A stretch of 64,000 bases of DNA from the human T2T-CHM13v2.0 reference genome, Homo sapiens. This document shows positions 56,212 through 64,000 of the stretch, one piece after another. The translations under genes and the position numbers were made by a program. Position 1 is the first letter of the stretch. Each line of letters starts with the position of its first letter. The stretch is taken from assembly GCF_009914755.1 (NCBI RefSeq), contig NC_060936.1. One strand, 5' to 3'. The notes under the pieces were generated by a model. The model was not told the origin of the DNA and ran no database searches. It saw nothing but the letters and a program-made list of their open reading frames with translations.

Positions 56212-56566
<355 letters not shown>

Positions 56567-57224
56567 TTAATAAGATTATCCTGAGAAATTACATTGAGAG
56601 GTGTACAAAGTCAGCTTTGTGTTTACCTAAGTATATTTTGCATATACATCTAGACTCTGCCATGATACACTCAAGCAATTTTCAAGTTAAAGGCATTAAC
56701 TTACATGTTCCAGAAATGTGGCATATTCCATGTTACAGAATGCTAAATGTTACATTATATACAGACCCCACTATAATGAAAGGGTAGGGGAATTACAAGG
56801 AAACCAATAGCCAAAACCAAAGGACTTCTGCAATCATTCCCAGATGTTATTTTATCTAAACCTATTTAAGTGTATCAGTTTCCAATAGGAACTACAATCA
56901 TATCTGGGATTTCCCACTAACATGGGGGAAAAGGATCAAAGGCTTCTTGGGAGCCCATGAGGAGCCACAGAGGGGGAGGTTAGTCATTGCTCAAGAATAA
57001 ATCTGTCTACTTCCTTATTTAAAACTATATACAAGTAAGCCTATTTGCCATCTTTCTTCTTCAGATTCTATTCACACAAATGATATGTCTTCAAGGTCTA
57101 CTCTAGACCAGTTATAAACCATCAATAACCCCCCAAAACCATAAGGAACCCACATCTTTCTGAGACAGCACCCTGGGGAAGCTGTAGAGGGTGTCAGGAA
57201 AAGACATGGATTTCTTCCTGCACG

Positions 57225-57810
<586 letters not shown>

Positions 57811-58222
57811 CTTCTTCCACTCTTAATCCCACGCATCAGTGAGTCCTTACACCAGTTACATTGCTGACTAGTTCTGTGTTTATTTTTAGCTTCTTTGATT
57901 GGGAAACCAAAAAAAATCACTACTTTTCTATCAAACTCAGATTACATCTTCGAAAGCGAGAGTCAGGGAAAATGGAAGGGAAGTGAAAATAAACGTGTAT
58001 TCAAGTAAAATAAACATTCGCTTCTGACAGGATCACAAACATTTATCACAGTTTCATACATTTCTACGAGGGAAGGAAAGGCAGCAGAGAAGAAAAAAAA
58101 AATGCTCTTTCAGCCTAAGAGACCTGCATTTGAAGGCAGGGTCCACCACTCATGGCTGTGTGTAACTGGCTAGTTAATTGGACTAAGTTTACATTTCCCT
58201 ATACTATAAAATTGAGATAATA

Positions 58223-58520
<298 letters not shown>

Positions 58521-58797
58521 TGAGATAACATACCACCTGCAATGAAGATTAAATGAGATAATGTGAATATATCTGTTATATGCAATGGACAGGAAATAAA
58601 GACAGCTTTTTAAAAAGCAGGCATGAGAAAGGGGACAACATCATAGTTCATCCAGTAAGCAGAATGGCAAGAGGAACTGAAAGTTGTTCTTGTTCCCCCT
58701 AGAAATCCCAAAATGTAGTATAATACCTTTCTTGCATGAATGTATTAACAAATGAATGGATTCCATCCTAATATCTCACACATACATAGTATAGTAT

Positions 58798-59370
58798 GAT
58801 TAGGCAAATCTAACCTGCTGCCTGTTTTTGTAAGGTCTATGAGCTAAGAATGCTTCTTATATTCTTCTTTTTTTTTTTTTTTTTTTTTTTGAGACGGAGT
58901 CTTGCTGGGTCACCCAGGCTGGAGTGTAGTGGCACAATCTCGGCTTACTGCAACCTCTGCCTCCTGGGTTCAAGCAATTCTCCTGCCTCAGCCTTCCAAG
59001 CAGTAGAGATGGGGTTTTGCTATCTTGGCCAGTCTGATCTTGAACTCCTGACCTTAAGTGATCCTCCTGCCTCAGCCTCCCAAAGTGCTGGGATTATAGG
59101 CATGAGCCACTGTGCCCAGCCTGGCTCTTATATTCTTAAATCATGAAAAAAAAAAAAAAAAGAACAATATTTTGTGACACATGAAAATGATTTTCATGTC
59201 CATAATGAAGTTTTATTGGAAAACATCCATGCTCATTTGTTTCTGTACTATCTGTCACTGCTTTTGCACTACATTGGCAGAGCTGAAGAGATGCAACAGA
59301 GACCTATGGCCTGCAAAGTCTAAAATATTTATCATCTGGCCCTTTACGGAAAACGTTTGCTGATCCTTGG
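58798..59370 (+). mobile_element. MER58 (hAT-Charlie) DNA transposon interrupted by an Alu
   Basis: CTGCCTGTTTTTGTAAG..TGAGCTAAGAATG and GGCCTGCAAAGTCTAAAATATTTATCATCTGGCCCTTTAC..GTTTGCTGATCC. Confidence 0.75.
58868..59123 (-). mobile_element. AluS with central deletion, inside MER58
   Basis: TSD TCTTATATTCTT. Confidence 0.88.
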
Positions 59371-59404
59371 TACAGCAGATTACCCAAAAGAAGCAGTATA
59401 TTTC

Positions 59405-59610
59405 CTTTGGGGCAAAACTGCCTGTGTTCGAATCCGAGTTCTGCCACATACTAAGTAGGTGAAATTGAGTCAGTTTTTAACCTCTCCGTGCCTCAGTTTT
59501 TCCTCCATAAAATGAGGATCATAATATTGCCTACCTGACAGAATTTTGTGGGGATTAAACAAATTAATACAAGCAATGCACTAACAATGCCTGGTACACA
59601 GAAAGCTCGT
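59405..59610 (+). mobile_element. MIR
   Basis: GTTCGAATCC..AACCTCTCCGTGCCTCAGTTTTTCCTC..AAAATGAGGAT..GGATTAAA. Confidence 0.7.
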
Positions 59611-59674
59611 TTGCTCACTCACTGTTTCTCTTGTATATACTTAAAAGTCTAGAACTGTATAAAAAGTGACTTCA

Positions 59675-60290
<616 letters not shown>

Positions 60291-61969
60291 TCAGAGAGGA
60301 GCTTCTGCATTATCAATCATGTGAAACAGCTCATCACCAGCTTAAAGGTCTGAGTCAAGAACTCCTACAGTGAGGTCATGTGAGCCACGGTTTTGCAGCA
60401 GGTTACTCCTAGAGCTCATTTTCCATGTTTAATTTCACTACTTATTTTTGGTAGCTTACTACTTGTACAGTAATATCCTGAAGCTCAGAATAACTACAGT
60501 TTCATGCATATCTCAATATTCTTTCTTATTTCTAAAACAATTTTAGTCACATATAATGACGAATTCACAGGTATTCCACTAGATCTCAAAGTACCTTTTC
60601 AAGTATGTTTTGAAAAGCTGGCTTTGTCCCTCTTTGCTTAATAATGATCACATTGATGCGACAAAGGCCAAGGTGGCCGATGAATGACACTGATAAGCAT
60701 ACCTCACGTATGCAATAAAGTTGCTGATTTCTCTAGTAATGTAAACTTCATTTTGCAATATAAAGCAAAGGTCCTATTTCTTTTCTAAATGGAAATTTTC
60801 ATATTGCACTGAACTAGAAAAAGCCCAGTAGAATGCAATTTCAAAACAGTGATCACTTGCTCTGAGCTACTAGCTGAAGGCACAGAAAAAAAATGGGGAG
60901 AAGAGGGAAGCAGAAGAAATGAAGAAACCAGAAAACAGTAAGTAAGGCAAGGTAAAGGAGAGAAATAAGCAGATGGGCAAAGCACCATCCGTGTGTGTGT
61001 GTGTGTAGAGGACATGTTACCACAGACACAGGAGAAGGAAGACAAGGTTCCTGCCCTGGGGAAAATGGAGCTGTCAGCCTTTGTCTTTCTCATGTACCTC
61101 AAAGATAACAATAACCTCATAGGGACAGAGTTTACTCCTAAACTTTCCACTTATTCTAAAACTTTCCATGTGAAAAATCAAAACAAACAAAACCCCCAAA
61201 ACCTTATCTCTCCAGTGGAACGGAGGTGGATAAAGAGAAGAAAAGGAGGGAGGATTTTACTTTTCACTTCATGTACATTTAACTTTTTTTAAGACAACAA
61301 TTTTATATAACTTTTATAACTAAACAAATACGTAAAGAACTGAAAATCCCCATTCTCTCTTCTCCAAGTTTACTAATCTCAGTTATTTCAAGTATTCCTT
61401 AAAAACAACTTTTTTTTTTTTTAATACTTGGTAAGGAAAGGTCAAAGGTAAAGCAGGCAGAGAGGATGAATTAGAGAAAGCTATCCCCATCTGCTCTTCC
61501 CACAAAATGCAAAGAAAGAAAAGAAAAAAATCTGGACATGTTGACATGTGGATTACAGCAATAGTTTTTGGTCTACTTCATGTAGATAATCTCAAAATGA
61601 ATTCTCTAATTCCCTAGACCACTCCCCGCTCTGAAAATAATAAATTCCCTGTACTTTGTAAGGTAAACCCAGTGAACAAAGAATATTTTCACCCTGGGCA
61701 TCAGGAAATTATGTATAGCAAAATGGAAGCTTCTATACACCCCCACACCCGTGTTCACAGTCACAGATTTTACTTAACAGAACCCATCCACAGGGTATTA
61801 GCTGCATAGCCAGCACAGATATTTACTGGGGCCAAGATTTCAAAGACCAGGCAGAGAAGACATTAATTTGTAGAGTACAAAAGAGCACACAAAAAATGTT
61901 TTTGCTTCTTAACACTGTGAGGGCTCAATAAGAATTAAAGCTGCTTAGAATCACTGCTATCAAGAGTCA

Positions 61970-62279
<310 letters not shown>

Positions 62280-62731
62280 AATCTAGTAAGGTCATATTCA
62301 AGAAAAGGAGAAGCATCAACAGTTAATCAAGTAACCACTGGGTATAAAAACATACTTAAACTAATTTTACCATCAAAAAAACCTCCTAACCTAGCTAGAG
62401 CTAATATATTTGCTTATTTTCACAGTATTTAAGTTTTGCCCTACAGAAAGATTTCACAGAGTATTTTAAAAAGACAAAATGGATTTCCTTAATAGTAATA
62501 GAAAACTTTCACCTTTCAGATCTTTAATATTCTTCGCTTGTTAGTACTAACTTTCATTGTAAAAGTTCCTTTTATATTCAAATATGGTGCTCCACACACA
62601 GTGAATGTGCAGTAAGTACCTGTTAACTAGAAAGAGTATTTAATACATTGAGAAAAGATGTACTATATTAAATAGTTTTCAGTTTGTCTTTACAAATCCT
62701 TTAAGCATTTTACCTGCCTTCTAACAGCTAA

Positions 62732-63075
<344 letters not shown>

Positions 63076-63373
63076 AAGATGTTTTCTTAAATTAATATTT
63101 TTCTAAAAGATTTTATAGCTCTTAGGTAATACTCTTAAATCTTTTCCATATCGATATCTAATTAGTCCATTCCAGGGCTCGGAAAAAACTTTATTTTATT
63201 TAGGCCGTACCCATATGTTACATGGAGACAAGACAGCAGAGTCTAAAATACTATATTTTGGCCAAAAAATATATGTTGAAATCCTGAACTATATGGATTA
63301 TTCATCCTGTAAGAGAAAACATGCCTTCCATAGCCAAATCATTCTGATATTTCCCCACATATGTAAAAATTTT

Positions 63374-63506
63374 GGGCGAGGCATGGTGGCTCACACCTGT
63401 AACCCCAGCACTTTGCGAGGCCAAAGCAGGAGGATTGCTTGAGGCCAGGAGTTTGAGACCAGCCTGGGCAACATAGTAAAATTCTGTCTCTATATTTTAA
63501 AAAAAA
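63374..63506 (+). mobile_element. FLAM
   Basis: Monomer. Confidence 0.85.
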
Positions 63507-64000
63507 GTTAAAAATTAAAAAATACATTAAAATGTCACTAGACCCTTCACCAGAACATTTTAGTAAATTTTTGCTAACTCCAAAGCTACCTACAGACTGC
63601 CTAGATTTTTTCAGTTTCAGTCTTACTACATGTAAGACTACAGGGACAGTTCTTTCATTTACAGTTCCATCAAACTAGATTTTTTTAAGTGATACATCTT
63701 CTTTGCATTTTCTGAATAGCACATTTAGATATGGTAAGACCTGTACTAACCAAGAAACTGTCAAAACTGCTTTTGATTGGCATGGGAATTTAGACTCCAT
63801 GCTTTCTTTCTGCAGGTTTGGTGAGAGGACTGGTGGAATGGAGTGCTTCTTGCATAACCATCCCACAATACGGAAGGATGCTCACCATGTATCTAATAAA
63901 GACAGATGCATGTGAGGTCTTTTAATTCAATTTCTCTTCTCCAAGGGAGCTTTGTTTTAGCAAATAGCAGTAATTCTCCACACCAGTGTAATTGCTTTCC

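Overview
Human (primate) genomic DNA lying entirely inside the FGD6 gene (FYVE, RhoGEF and PH domain-containing 6, a CDC42 GEF), which is transcribed on the minus strand. Six internal coding exons splice into one open frame: 145, 68, 31, 152, 157 and 88 nt, probably exons 3-8 (numbering from recall). They encode the acidic linker and most of the DH/RhoGEF domain. The rest is intron, holding about 80 Alu copies or fragments (roughly 30% of the window by eye), a full-length MER11 (HERV-K11) solo LTR with a 6-bp TSD, three older LTRs, L1M/L2/MIR remnants, hAT DNA transposons, microsatellites and a ~1.4-kb AT-rich minisatellite. Nearly all ORFs in the supplied track are Alu or simple-repeat artefacts. 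I found no new gene or multi-gene system. The most unusual signals are structural: (1) a 184-bp inverted copy of nearby sequence inserted into the AT-rich palindromic minisatellite; (2) a perfect dup-inversion-dup at the 5' junction of a truncated Alu; (3) repeated Alu insertion at one target site; (4) an Alu orientation pattern that could circularise exons 6-7 into a 309-nt stop-free circle; (5) an 84-nt intron with competing donors that lead to an immediate stop. Repeat boundaries and subfamily names were assigned by eye and are approximate.
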